Shown: in pieces, positions 35,401-47,300 of the stretch
Layout: each line of letters begins with the position of its first letter
How positions within the stretch are numbered: position 1 is the stretch's first letter
Assembly (NCBI GenBank): GCA_040285855.1
Contig: JAUFOQ010000001.1
Location: 3,534,001 to 3,598,000, forward strand
Reading direction: 5' to 3'
DNA: 64,000 nt
DNA from: Eukaryota sp. GEM-RC1
Taxonomy: Eukaryota
Position numbers and translations under genes: made by a program
The notes under the pieces: generated by a model
Seen by the model: only the letters and a program-made list of their open reading frames with translations
Told to the model about the DNA's origin: nothing
The model's database searches: none

Positions 35401-38400
35401 AGGTCTTCAATTCCTTCTTCTTCTTCTTCTTCTTCTTCTTCAGTACTCATCTCCTGTATCCTAAAGATCCTCTTCATTTCTCAACAAGTCTTGAGACTGT
35501 ATAGTTGTCCAGTCTACCACCAGAAATTTAAGGAATTCGTAGAATTAAGAATGAAAAATAGGTGAATATTATTGAGTGTATTTACAGAAAGCTGTTACTA
35601 AGTTGGTTTTATGATATACGTTACCCAAAGGTCCTCTAGCAGCACAAAGAAGAATCAACAGACGGGCACCATAGGTTGCACTATGGCCTGATCCACCTCG
35701 TTCAACTATAAGCAAAAAGCCTCATTATGCTACATCACCGTAACTTTCACAAGCTTTTCGAGACAAACTCGAAGTAGGATTAAATTATAGTACAGTCCAT
35801 TTTTTTGATTACAGATGATACACATTGGATACTTGCTGAATTTTTAATTATCTCTAGGTCGTTGTCGGTAATGAATCCTAATTAAGAATGAGAACCAGAT
35901 TCGAAGTGTACCTGCTTGATACAGAATGAACAACAACATTGTCTTAAAGAACTTGATGAAGAACACAGACATGATGGAAATTACTTCCATCATTACAAAA
36001 TATAACTACAAAATATAATTAAATCTTTCGATATCAACTACATTCCAAAGAACAGTACGAGCTTATATTAAAAGCTGCTTGATAAACCTTCATCATAATT
36101 GACTGTACCGCTAGTTCCAACTGCTTCTCAGAGTCCTTCCTGGAAAACACAAGGAACATGGATTCTAGCCATCTTTTTATAGAAACTTAATTTGTAAAAC
36201 TTAAGTCTTTAACCTAACCGAAACCATTTTTTCATCATCCTTTCATCGAAAAACAGTACTTTTCTGCTCCAGCAAACATTTTTTCAAATCTTTCTCGATC
36301 AATCTACCCTTGAATATCTTGAAAAATAGACTGTATAGTAGAACATCAAGAATATGAAGCATTTTTCAATAAGGGAACGAGTATACTGATTTACCTTTAG
36401 TTGACTTCACTTCAAATTGAGAATTCCATCTAGACCTTAATCTGAAATAAGGTTCAATAAAACACTTTGGAAGTACTTCTAAAGTTATTTATGAACATGC
36501 ACAACAAGCTTGTTTTGTATTTAGTTGAGTGTGATTAAGAAGATGTTTGTAGAAAGAATATTTGGGGAGAGGAAGGGAGAAAGGTTCTTCTAAAGCAACA
36601 GAAAAGTACCTACAGAAAGTTGAAAAAGCACTTTTGAAGGTGTAAAGTAGGGTTGCTTTGTTAGGTCAAAATAAAGAGGAAACGTGGTGAGAAAGGAAGA
36701 GAGTTCACACATTCAGAAGAGTATACAATATCAAATCCTCCGTCTACGATCTTCTCTCGGAGAATGACATGATCAGAGGGAACTCGAACCTCATAGGGTG
36801 CTCTAATCAACTCACACAGAAAGGAGAGCAGTCTACGTTACCCTTTTTGTACCCTTGCCTTGTATACCAGATCCACTGCAAGGTGACATTCAGATGACAG
36901 GGATTCAAGTGATGGGTTCAACTAGTTGTAGTTTGGACGATAAGAAAGAGAAAAAGTGAAAAGCAAGAAAAGACATCACGTGTTTTTGTTAGATCAGATC
37001 AGATAATACCCAGGAAGTTGCAGGGGAAGAAAAGATCTGGAGAGCGAATGTAGCTAGAGAAGGAAGGTATATAATGAACAAAGAAAGCCCATGAATGACT
37101 GCAATTCGAACTCATACTGTATTACAAAACAACAGGAGGAATTCTTCGAAAATAGAAGGAATAAGTAAAACTCTATGTTGAAAAGACTAGTCAGACTGAC
37201 CCTAAATGCAAGTCATATCAGCACCTCATTATGTTAATGAGGTCTAGACCACTCAGATGTTCTAGACCTGCAATGAACTAGGGCGAGGTTTTTCTATCAT
37301 CTACAGAGTGTAACCGACACCACCACATAGGTTTTGCTGTGGAAATGTTATTCACCATGCAATAAACCCTATTGATACAAGGCTTTAGTCATTCTTTAAT
37401 CAAACCGAGATGAGTATACATCCAGTGACTGATACTATACACAACTAGAATTGAAGTGGATACAGTAGTATAAAGCACATGTCTTTCGGTCACCAGGTCT
37501 CTAGGACTGGTATCAACAACCCGTAGCTTGAATTCAACACTGTTGGAGAGAATCTTGGAGCTGTGGTGGCCAAAATCTCTGAGATATCAATTATGAACCC
37601 CAACAGGGGGGATGTCAGACAGCTCTTTTGATCTTTCAAGTGTGAGGAGTGTTCACCGTGGAATCATACTAGGGTTGTCCACTATGACAGACTGTAATAC
37701 AGTTAGACAAACGACGATATCAGTAGTGAGCTTCACTACAGTTGTGATATCGGCACAAGTACGGTTTGAGCGTGTAAGAAACAAGTGCCAGTCTTTCAGC
37801 TAAGGTGTTAGATCAAACTCGTCCATCTTCTAATTGCACCTTACTTGATCCTCTTGCTTCTTATTCCATTTCCATATTCCCTGAATGTACCTCGTTTTTT
37901 CTAACGTGAAGGAGATCTCCTGACAGCATTGTGTCTTTCTATTCTGTTTTCACTATTAGCTGTTCAGTTTTTCCACCATTTCCGCCTCCGTTCTCCCGCT
38001 ACAGTTCTTTCTATACCCCTTTGATGCTCTCCCTGTCCAGCTTCTCATCTCATCTCGTTTAGATCATAGCTGAACATCGCTCTGTTTTCAAATAGTTCGA
38101 TCTTCTCTCACTATTACATCAAGAAGAGTAGTCTCCTTTTCAATGCCGATCTAGTCTATGATTTCTTCGTCTTGAACTGGAAGATCATGAAGAGTGAAGA
38201 TTGAAGAGGGAATCTTTGAACTGATACAGTTGCTGCTTTTCCCACACTGGGCAAGTTTCAACACATGTGCCTGTTCAATCAGCTTTCTAAATTCTTTCCT
38301 CAAAACATGACCCCCGGGTCCCGGGGGTCAATCCTAGCCATACAACTAGGAGTGTCACTAGTGATCTATGCCGTGTGTCTTCCATTAGACCACTTCTATT

Positions 38401-38447
38401 TTGGTCGCTTATTTGACACTGGCTGTCCGTTGTCATTATGAGTCAGT

Positions 38448-41400
38448 TTGCTTACTCTGACACATCCCACGTTGTATCCAAGTTTGCTACCTATCTTCTT
38501 CTCTAACAATAGAACAGGAGAGACTGTGCTTCACTCAGCCACGACAAAACTGTTTGCCTTCATCCAAGCTCTTCATGAGGCCACTCGCAGGCATAATAAG
38601 CTCATGATTGTGATCTTCATTATCGAGATCCTCCAATTGATGGCCTTTGTTGGAAGAGAAATGTCGTTCCATCCTCTTTTCGACATTGAACCCGTTCTAA
38701 ACTACGCGTTACCCCCTATATTCACGGAGGAATTCGATCAACAAACAAAGTTAGTAGTTTTCATATCATCAAGTATCTTCTTTGTCGTTTTAGTTGCAGT
38801 TACTGTACTTCTATCACAGAGAATATCATCAAACCTGACAGTTTCTCCTCATATACTAACCTTTGTTAAAGCCACCTTTGAACTCGTCATCCATGTCTCC
38901 GCCCTCCCTTTGGCTTCTCTCTACTTCTCAATGCTTCCATGTGGACGATCTTCTTCCCCTTCTGAACTTACCTTTGAAGAGTTTCTCCAACACTACGGCT
39001 GTGAGTCTACCTATGCCTACGTATACAGAGTCTCAGCCATTGCTGCTCTCTCTACTTCTTGTTCTCTCCTTTACTTGGCTAATGTTCTACGATACACGTT
39101 TCTCATCAAAACATGTCTTTGTTAAATCCAATCTCAAACCAAGCACTTTGTTTCCAATTATCCAAACTTCTCATTCTGATCCTCTTCTTCCTCTTCCATT
39201 CTAGATTATGGCTTTTTAGAGTTTGCTATGTACTCATTCCTTTATTCCTAACTGCTCAGTTCTACCATGTTCTCCCTTACTTTCATAAACAAACTAACTT
39301 GCTGGTACTGTGTAGCCTAGGTTCTTGGTCAGGATTCAGTATCACCTACCTTGTCTACTCCACTCTATCTACCAACGATGTCGTTACCACTATTCTTCTA
39401 TGTCTACTCACCCCTTTGTTTGCTTCCAGTGAGTGTACTGGCTGGCCGTAGACGTTTGATTAAGTTGTACAACTGGGCTCAAGAGATTAAAAGTACTTTG
39501 GTTAAAAAAGAATTGATTGGAGAGGATTTAGTGCTATCAGACACGTTTTCATCTGAGTCAATCACTCTTGATGATTTAGGAATGTCAAAGTCAAAGAGGA
39601 GATCTCTGATAGAGTTTGAGCTTTTAATTAAGAATGTTTTATCCAAATTGACTTCCAGTGATTTGTTCTCTACTAGTAAAGCTCTTATCATTCTCGGTAA
39701 ACGTCACCATTCTGATGACGTGGACTTTCTTCTTTTTCAAGTATGTTCGAACTTGACCTTCTTAAGGATTCAATTAACTCATCAATTACTCTACAAAGTG
39801 TCAATTCACTTGTAACTGACATTGATGCTACGTTTTTTCAAAAATTTCAATTATTTAAAAACTTCAAACATTTAGAAATCCTCCGAAGAAGTCAATCCAC
39901 TGGTCACACTGTTGATTCTTCCGCTTTCCTTCAGTTACAAACCTTCTCCAGATCACGTCTCTACATAAAGAGTGTTTGACTGGATTAATGACCTTTTGGT
40001 CAATATTCGACTCAGATAACGTTGACTTATCGAGACTTCCAGCAATTCTTTCCAAAGTTCATTCAATCAAGGGTATGTTGAGGTCTAGATTTCAAAAGGT
40101 TTTCACTGCTCATGGATCTGAACGTTCTGTAATGGAGAAGTACGCTGCTTTCTTGAGAGAAGTCGAATGTGATGAACAAGCAGCTGCTTCAGTTGAAGAA
40201 CAAATTCAAATGCTTACCTCTAGTGATTTATCTAGTAGCAAGGGATCAGCAACTATGAGCTTATCAAGTAAGCAAGATAATCACGGAAGGAAATCAAGAC
40301 GTTTTAATCAATCAGTTTTGAATGAATCGACTCGTAAAGGAGCCATTCACGTGCTTCGCAGATCTGTTGCAATTGCTTCCCTTGTGATGCTACTTCTTGC
40401 TATGGTCTCATACTTTGTTTCCACTAATCGAATGTCTGTATTGACTCATCGTTTTAACCAACTATATGAGCTATCTCATATAGATAACACTGCTCAAAAT
40501 ATTGGCAGTATTTTAAATCAAATGTCGTTAACTAGTGAGCTGTCATTAAGTGGGTTGATGCTTTCTGAATCTGAACATTTGTCATGGCATGTACGTAGGT
40601 TGGTCTTGTCAAGTCAAGACGTGATTGATGCTAACGTGTGTGAGTTTCCTGGTCATCCTGAACTTTCCAGGCCAACTGCAGAAGTCAAAGGACTTCTTGT
40701 AGAACCTTCCTATTCTGTCGTAATCACCAAGGATTTGATTCCTCCCAGAACAGATTCGGAAGTGATGTCTCTTTGGACAATGGGAATGAGACTTGGCTTT
40801 CTCTTACCGATCAGTTCAATATTGAGTTTACTGTTGTTGTGTTTGCAATTGCAATCATTGCTATTCTTGGTTTGATCTATTTCCTTTTGTTTTGGAAATC
40901 ATATTCAAAATTAAGATTCTTTAGAGTTTTGATTTTGGCCTGCTTCATTGTCACCTTTTCATTACTTGTTATTTCAGTCTTTTTATCTATTAAAAACATT
41001 CCTCTCGCTAGTAAACTCAATCAGGATGCCAATGTTTCTCTTGAAGTTTATGACCCAATTGTGAGCGCTCAATATGCTTTCAATACCATTAGAAGATATT
41101 TCCAAATAGTTCAAGTTTCAGGAAGTTTTTCCATACCAATATCTTGTTTTCCAGAATTACTGAATTCGAATCCATTCTGACTGAACTTAGCCAAGACTCA
41201 CTATGTCAAAATACCGAGTTTAAGTCTGTTTGTGAATTACTTTTACCTATTGTAGATTCAATAAGGGAGATTTGGACAAGCTACCTCTACTGGGGTTCAG
41301 TCTCAACAAAGCTTTGTCTTTATGCTTTAAACGATGGAGTTTATCCAGGATTTGGACTTGAGAATGTTACTTGGAATGTTGTTGAAGATCCAGATTCACT

Positions 41401-42494
41401 TCTACTCGCTCATCCTTATATCCTTACGAATGAAGAGGAGGATTTAAAAGAAGATGTTGAATTGAAATTAAATTTATCCATGGCAATTACTTCAAGTAGA
41501 CAGTTCGATCAAATGTCGCTTGATATTGGTGATTTGATTGAAAGAATGAGAGACGATTCTTTTGAGGAAATATATGGAGTAATTCACACGGTTTTTGTAG
41601 AAATTCATGACAATTTTCAATTAATTACACTGATTTTAATCGGTTTGAGTGTCTTTATCATCTTGATTTCTATTCTGTTTTTAACATCTGCTACCCCAAA
41701 AAGAGAAGAAAAAACCACATGTTAAACAGAAGATAAAGGTTGCTCTAGTTGAAAAGTATACGAAGCATTACATTCTGTCTCTTATTGGATTGTTGTTAAT
41801 TCTTTCAATGTTTCTACTGTTATCCTTTTTATCTACCAACTTACTGTCCAACTACCCAAATCTGTCTTCTCTGCTCTCAATACGAGGAGCATTGGTTAAA
41901 TCAATTACTTCTGATATTGTAAGGTCTAGTATTAGTGGCTTTGAAAGTGAATTGCACAGAATTGAAGCGGAAAGATCTGTTTTAGAATTGAGTCAGCTAC
42001 ACAATCAAATTCTATTGGCTGCTGACGTGCATGGAGCTCACTCGTCATTGTTGTTTCAAACCAATTACAATGACGATACCACGAGTTTGGCAAATGTCGA
42101 GACTAATCATGGTCTTCATGCAGCAATAACTGGATTCGTTTCATTAACTAATCGTTATGTTTCTGGTGTTTTTTTGAACCAAAATGTTCAATTCAATTCA
42201 ATTTATGAAGAAATTTTGACTTCCAGTTCTGCGTGCTATCAATTGAATTTGCAATCTTTAGAATTTTTAAAAACTGATTTTAATGAAGTTGTTGGATCAC
42301 TTACCAATTGGATGTTGATTGTGTTTCTTATCTTTGTTGTTGTAATTTCTTTTATCTATTTTTCAGTATTTAGAAAGATGTTATCAACTTTACATGAAGA
42401 GGAATCGACAACTGTTGAATTTTTAAATATGTTGGGTGAAGATATCATTTCTCAAGTCAAAGTTATTCGAGAATACGTGGCCAGTACTCAGTGA
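38448..42494 (+). CDS. Large multipass membrane protein of TmcB/TmcC-like type (many frameshifts; start uncertain)
   Basis: N-terminal multi-TM region (IEILQLMAF), helical region YAAFLREVECDEQAA, paired TMs flanking luminal domains, C-terminal LHEEESTTVEFLNMLGEDII..IREYV. Confidence 0.65.
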
Positions 42495-42589
42495 TTTCTA
42501 TATTGTAGTGGTAGTTTCTCGTTTTTTGTAATATATATCTGTTAATGTTGTTTTGTATAAATTGTTGAAACTTTTTTTACTGTAAAAGT

Positions 42590-43018
42590 GTTTACGGATA
42601 TAATGAAATAAATAGTCTAAAACCCAGTATCATCAAAGCAAGATTCCTTAGAATCGAACCTTTGTCTTCATAATGCACACTGACGGATAACAAAGATCTC
42701 GAAGTCTTTGTAAAAACTGCTTTTAGAAAGACAATTGTGTTCTGACAAAAGAGCGGTCAAATATTTTGTTAGTTTTACGAGCAACATCCTTTGCAAAATT
42801 CTCTAAGAACTTCATGGCTAATTTACCCAAACGACCATACATAGAAATCGCAAATGCGACAAGTGAATATGCAACATGAACAATGTATTTCAGATCTCCG
42901 AGTGGATCAGCATACTTTCTTTGTTTGTTACTTTCTGCAATGTCTAGAGGTGATACTTCCTTTGCAGCTAATATGTCACAACTTTTCTTGCAAACATTCA
43001 CTGAAACAACATCAATCA
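42590..43018 (-). mobile_element. CRE-like RLE fragment interrupted by the Gypsy element (remainder at about 49658-49830)
   Basis: IDVVSVNVCKK..PLDIAESNKQRKY..FAISMYGRLGK. Confidence 0.8.
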
Positions 43019-43022
43019 CTGA

Positions 43023-43088
43023 TGTTAGTACTGGTACAGTACCCTTAAAATAAATTTACTTTACCTTCTCCCATGTCTACAGACAACA
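43023..43088 (+). repeat. 5' LTR (66 bp)
   Basis: tgttagtactggtacagtacc...ctacagacaaca; contains AATAAA and the first ATG of ORF1. Confidence 0.95.
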
Positions 43089-44377
43089 ATACTTATTGTG
43101 TCCCATGTGGTGCTGCGCCTTGCGACAGAGTGCCCCCGCACTCACCAAGGTCCCAGGACCCCACAATGAGTCGTTTCTTCTCGGATGGTCCCGCCCTCCA
43201 AGGAACAACTACATCCCTTTTAGAAGGTTCCGCCCTTCAAAGTCCCTCTTCTGTTGAAGGTTCCGCCCTTCCAGCAACTTCCGAGGTTGCAGGTTCCGTC
43301 CCTACTCCTCAAACCCAGCAAACTCCCTCAAAAGGTTCCGCCCTTCAAAGGATTCCTGTGGTTGAAGGTTCCGCCCTTCCTTCCCAACCCCAAGAGGAAG
43401 TGATAACCATTCAAGAGAATAGCCCTCAAGAAGGTCCTGCCCTTCAGAGCTCCACCTCTCTGGAAGATTCCACTCTCCAGATTAATTACCAGGATGTCAC
43501 TCCTCCTCCAACGAGTCCTTCCTTCGAGAGGATTAGAGCTATGTTCAGCGGAGCCTCAACTCCGAACAAGCCGTTTCCTACTCTACAATTCTCCTCATCT
43601 GCAACTCCCACGTCGCAATTAGGAGGGTTTAAGTTTGCCTCGGAACGAGACTTAGGTCTCCATCCATCCAAGCCTTTGCCAAAAGCCACTTCCAAAAGTG
43701 CCCCTATCAAAAAATCTCAGAAGGGTCCCGTTCCCTCATCACTTCCCATAGTTGATGCCTCGTCGACTCCACGTGCCCAGGACACCGTTCCTCATGTTGG
43801 TGAAACACCCATAGCATCTCACGTCACTCCCACCGCGGACCCTGACTTAGAAGATCTATGTGAATACGACGAATCTGATGATGAAGAGTCTGGTCAGACG
43901 CCCGCTAAAGGCCCATCTAACCCGTCTCAACCTCCGCCGTCAAGGCCTGTCACAGATACGAGAGGGTTCCAACCCCATCCCATTATTCCCGTACAAGGGT
44001 TTTATCCTGTCAGGTCCACTAAGACGGGTTCCTCAGAGTTATTCCAGGCCCCTCCTGGACCTTTTCAACAAGGGTTAACAGAAGAGGAACTAAAACGAGT
44101 AGAACATCGTATGTTCCCATCAGATCGCCAAATGGTACATGATTTTCTTCATGGAGTCAAAGATAGAACGGACTACCTAAGAAACCGCTATCCTAGACCA
44201 GCTCAGGCAGCCATAAGACTGATCAGGAGACAATTTAACGACGAAGTTCTCCCCCTTGAAGGAACTTACACCATCCTTGACGACCGAGGAAAACCCCATA
44301 CTATCCTGATGGACCCTAGTACACCGGAAACCATGATTCCCGTGAAAAATGCTGGGAAAAGGTCCAGGAAGTATTGA
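43073..44377 (+). CDS. Gypsy ORF1: P/S/T-rich N-terminal region with EGSAL repeats; probably continuous with the downstream ORF
   Basis: 434-aa ORF starting in the LTR. Adding one C at attccc(c)gt near 44340 fuses it to the next ORF. Confidence 0.7.
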   Translation: MSTDNNTYCVPCGAAPCDRVPPHSPRSQDPTMSRFFSDGPALQGTTTSLLEGSALQSPSSVEGSALPATSEVAGSVPTPQTQQTPSKGSALQRIPVVEGSALPSQPQEEVITIQENSPQEGPALQSSTSLEDSTLQINYQDVTPPPTSPSFERIRAMFSGASTPNKPFPTLQFSSSATPTSQLGGFKFASERDLGLHPSKPLPKATSKSAPIKKSQKGPVPSSLPIVDASSTPRAQDTVPHVGETPIASHVTPTADPDLEDLCEYDESDDEESGQTPAKGPSNPSQPPPSRPVTDTRGFQPHPIIPVQGFYPVRSTKTGSSELFQAPPGPFQQGLTEEELKRVEHRMFPSDRQMVHDFLHGVKDRTDYLRNRYPRPAQAAIRLIRRQFNDEVLPLEGTYTILDDRGKPHTILMDPSTPETMIPVKNAGKRSRKY

Positions 44378-47300
44378 CAGGTCGAACTTTTGAAAAGTCG
44401 AATTTGGACAAAAGAATTCGCCCATCAGATCACAACCCCTCTCCGCTTCCCGAAGCTATCCAGAGCACCATAACCCCGACTGATGAAGTGGTTATCCAAC
44501 CCACAGCATTGAAATACCGAGCTCGAGTGGAATATGAAGAAGAACTCGCTCGTAGAGCAAATGCAAATCCGAAGTCTAAAGTGAAAGAAATTTCCGAATT
44601 TCATCAATCACCTTCCGATCAATCAAATCCACCACCTGATGTCCACCAGCTTGGTCTCTCCTTGAGTGATCTTAGCACGACATCAACCTCCCCTTCAACT
44701 GACCTCCTTCCTCCCCTGGCTCCGTCAGCATCCAATTCGGTTGTGGAACAACGTTCCCCAATGTCCCATAGTGTCGTTACTTTCCAACAGAAAGTTCCCC
44801 TCGACTCTATGAAGAACTCCAAGCTTCAACCTAAGATGCTTTCGAGTTTGAAACCACACGACATCGTTGAATTTGCTCAAGACTTTCTTCAATGGAGCGT
44901 GATGGACCCTAACCACAAAACACCGGTAGGGGCTCCATTTGGATGGCCAAGACACCTTTTCGACTTTGCTCGGACTGCTGCAGCACATGCTGATCCTTCT
45001 TACATCCAACGCTTCGTGAAGTTCGACTTACAGACCCAGCTGTCTATGCAAAAGGAGTGGGATGGTAAGAACCCCCTCACCCTTTGGTTAGCTCTCCTCA
45101 AGCGCACTCAATTCCCAGACGAGACCACTGCCTTGAATGAACTGAACAAGATCAAGATGAAGTGGTCCATCACAGACCCTGAAGAGCGATGGAGTGATTT
45201 CATATCACGGTTGCACCGCGTTCTACAGAGAACCCAGGCTATAAAGCCGAAGAATAAGCCAATGACTGCGTTACCAAACAAAGCCATTGTTAAAGCTATT
45301 CTAACAAACTTAGGCATCGTATCCATCTGGATTGAATGTTGGCCTCTCTACCAAGATTCTCCGGATATCCAAGGATTAATCTTCGAAGTCAAAGAACGTT
45401 ATGATACTTGGTGCGAGAGATGGAAATCTGCTCCAGCCAACGTGCAGAACGAACAACGAATTGCCGAAATAGCTCATCTTAGAGATACAGCTACCTGGGA
45501 AGACCTCCCCAAATCCTGGACTTCTCGTCCTCTCATCCCGGTTCAGTCTAGTGAACCCGGTAAATCTCGTAGATCGGCATCCAGCTCCAAGCCACCCTCG
45601 AAGAAGCCTCGATCTGAAGAGAAAGACCCTGACGCCTGTAGATTTTGTGGCGAAAAGGGTCATTCTATTACTCAATGCCCCGATCCTGAGTGTAGACGCA
45701 GCGAACTCCCTGCAGACCAACGAAGGGCCACAAGTACCGTCTCTAAACAACCAATTCGTAGTCGTAGCAAGAAGTTCAATAAAAAACCTAAATATCTTAA
45801 TGCAAAATCAGTACAAATTAACAGCCTTGTAAATACACCTGATAACATCACATCTAGTCAATCAAATCCCATTTTGATTGAAAACAATCAATTTTTAAAC
45901 CCATTGAGCAACATCAGTTCTGCCAATGGTAACACGAACTCACAAAGCCTGAATTCCGTCTTCAGCATAAGTAGTCAGAACTCACTACCATTACTCAGCT
46001 GCAAACTGATGATCAATAGTATTCCAGTTCAAGGTTTTTGGGACAGTGGAGCAACCATGTCCGTCATCACACAAGACCTGGCTACGAAGTGTAACATGAC
46101 GCCCGTCAACAACAATGTTCGCTTCACATCCGCAAACAATGTCGAGTCCCGGTCCTTGGGTAGCGCCCAGGGCATCTTGACCTTCGACACCAGTAGTATC
46201 GCGTACCTGACACACGTGGATAAGACATTACCAATAATACCCGGATCCAACAAACTATTATTGGGAATTGATCTGATGAAACAGTTAGGACTACTGACTG
46301 AAGACGGACTAGTCATCCGGATTGACAAGGCCATCCTGGCCACCGTGAACGATGAGTCTGAGTTCGACTCACGTATCATACAACCTCCCCGTAGCCATTC
46401 TATTGATAACATTGTAGACTTTAATAAACATGTATTCGATTCCGGTTGCACTATCAAACTAGATGATGATAACAGAGCTAAGAGCTTATTGAGCCTGCTT
46501 CAGGAGTTTTCCTCAATATTTTCGACAGCTCCTCACAAAGACGGCATCGATTGTCCTCCCATGGCGATCGACTTCTACAATGAAGAGTCCACTGTGAGAC
46601 GGAAACCTCGACGGCTCAATCCAATGAAACAGCGGATTGCCGAAGAGATTTTCGATGAACTTGTCCGTCAGGACTTTGCTGAGTTAACAACTCCCAATGG
46701 ACAGTTCAGTTCACCGGTAGTACTGGTGGTCTATCCCGATCAACGTAAGCCCCGCCTTACGGGAGACTTCAGTGGTTCCGATGGAATCAACGCATTAACC
46801 CGAGTTGTCGAACCGAATCTTCCAAAGATCATCGACATCTTGGAATTTCTAAGCGAAGCTAACTTCATAGCGACCTTGGATCTTCCGAAAGCCTTCTGGC
46901 AACTGAACCTCGCAGAAAAGGACAGAGACAAGACAACTCTGGTAATCCCTGGCAAAGCCATCCGATTTAAAAGAGCTTGTTTTGGACTCAAGAACGTCCC
47001 TGCGATATTTCAAAATTTGATGTATGAAATATTCGACCATGAGGGCATATTCATCTACATCGATGACATCATCATAGTAGGCCGTACATTCGAAGAATTT
47101 ATGAGCCGAATACGATTCGTTCTGACCAAAGCATTAACACGTAGAGTCAATCTTGGCCTACCCAAATGCCATTTTGTTACAAAGAAACACCCACTAAAGA
47201 TCTTGGGCAGTAAGTTCGTTAACAATACACGCAGTATTGACCCATCGCGTATCACAGCTCTTCTAGAGTTGCCCGTACCAACGACAATCAAAGAAGTTCG

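Noticed and set aside
37240..37800. Possible decayed CRE-type reverse transcriptase (FNTV and GVQQG-like traces)
   Set aside because: Too degenerate to support by eye; needs a translated HMM search.
38335..38420. 5S rRNA-like start (GCCATAC...GATCT)
   Set aside because: Spacing is wrong and downstream 5S motifs are absent.
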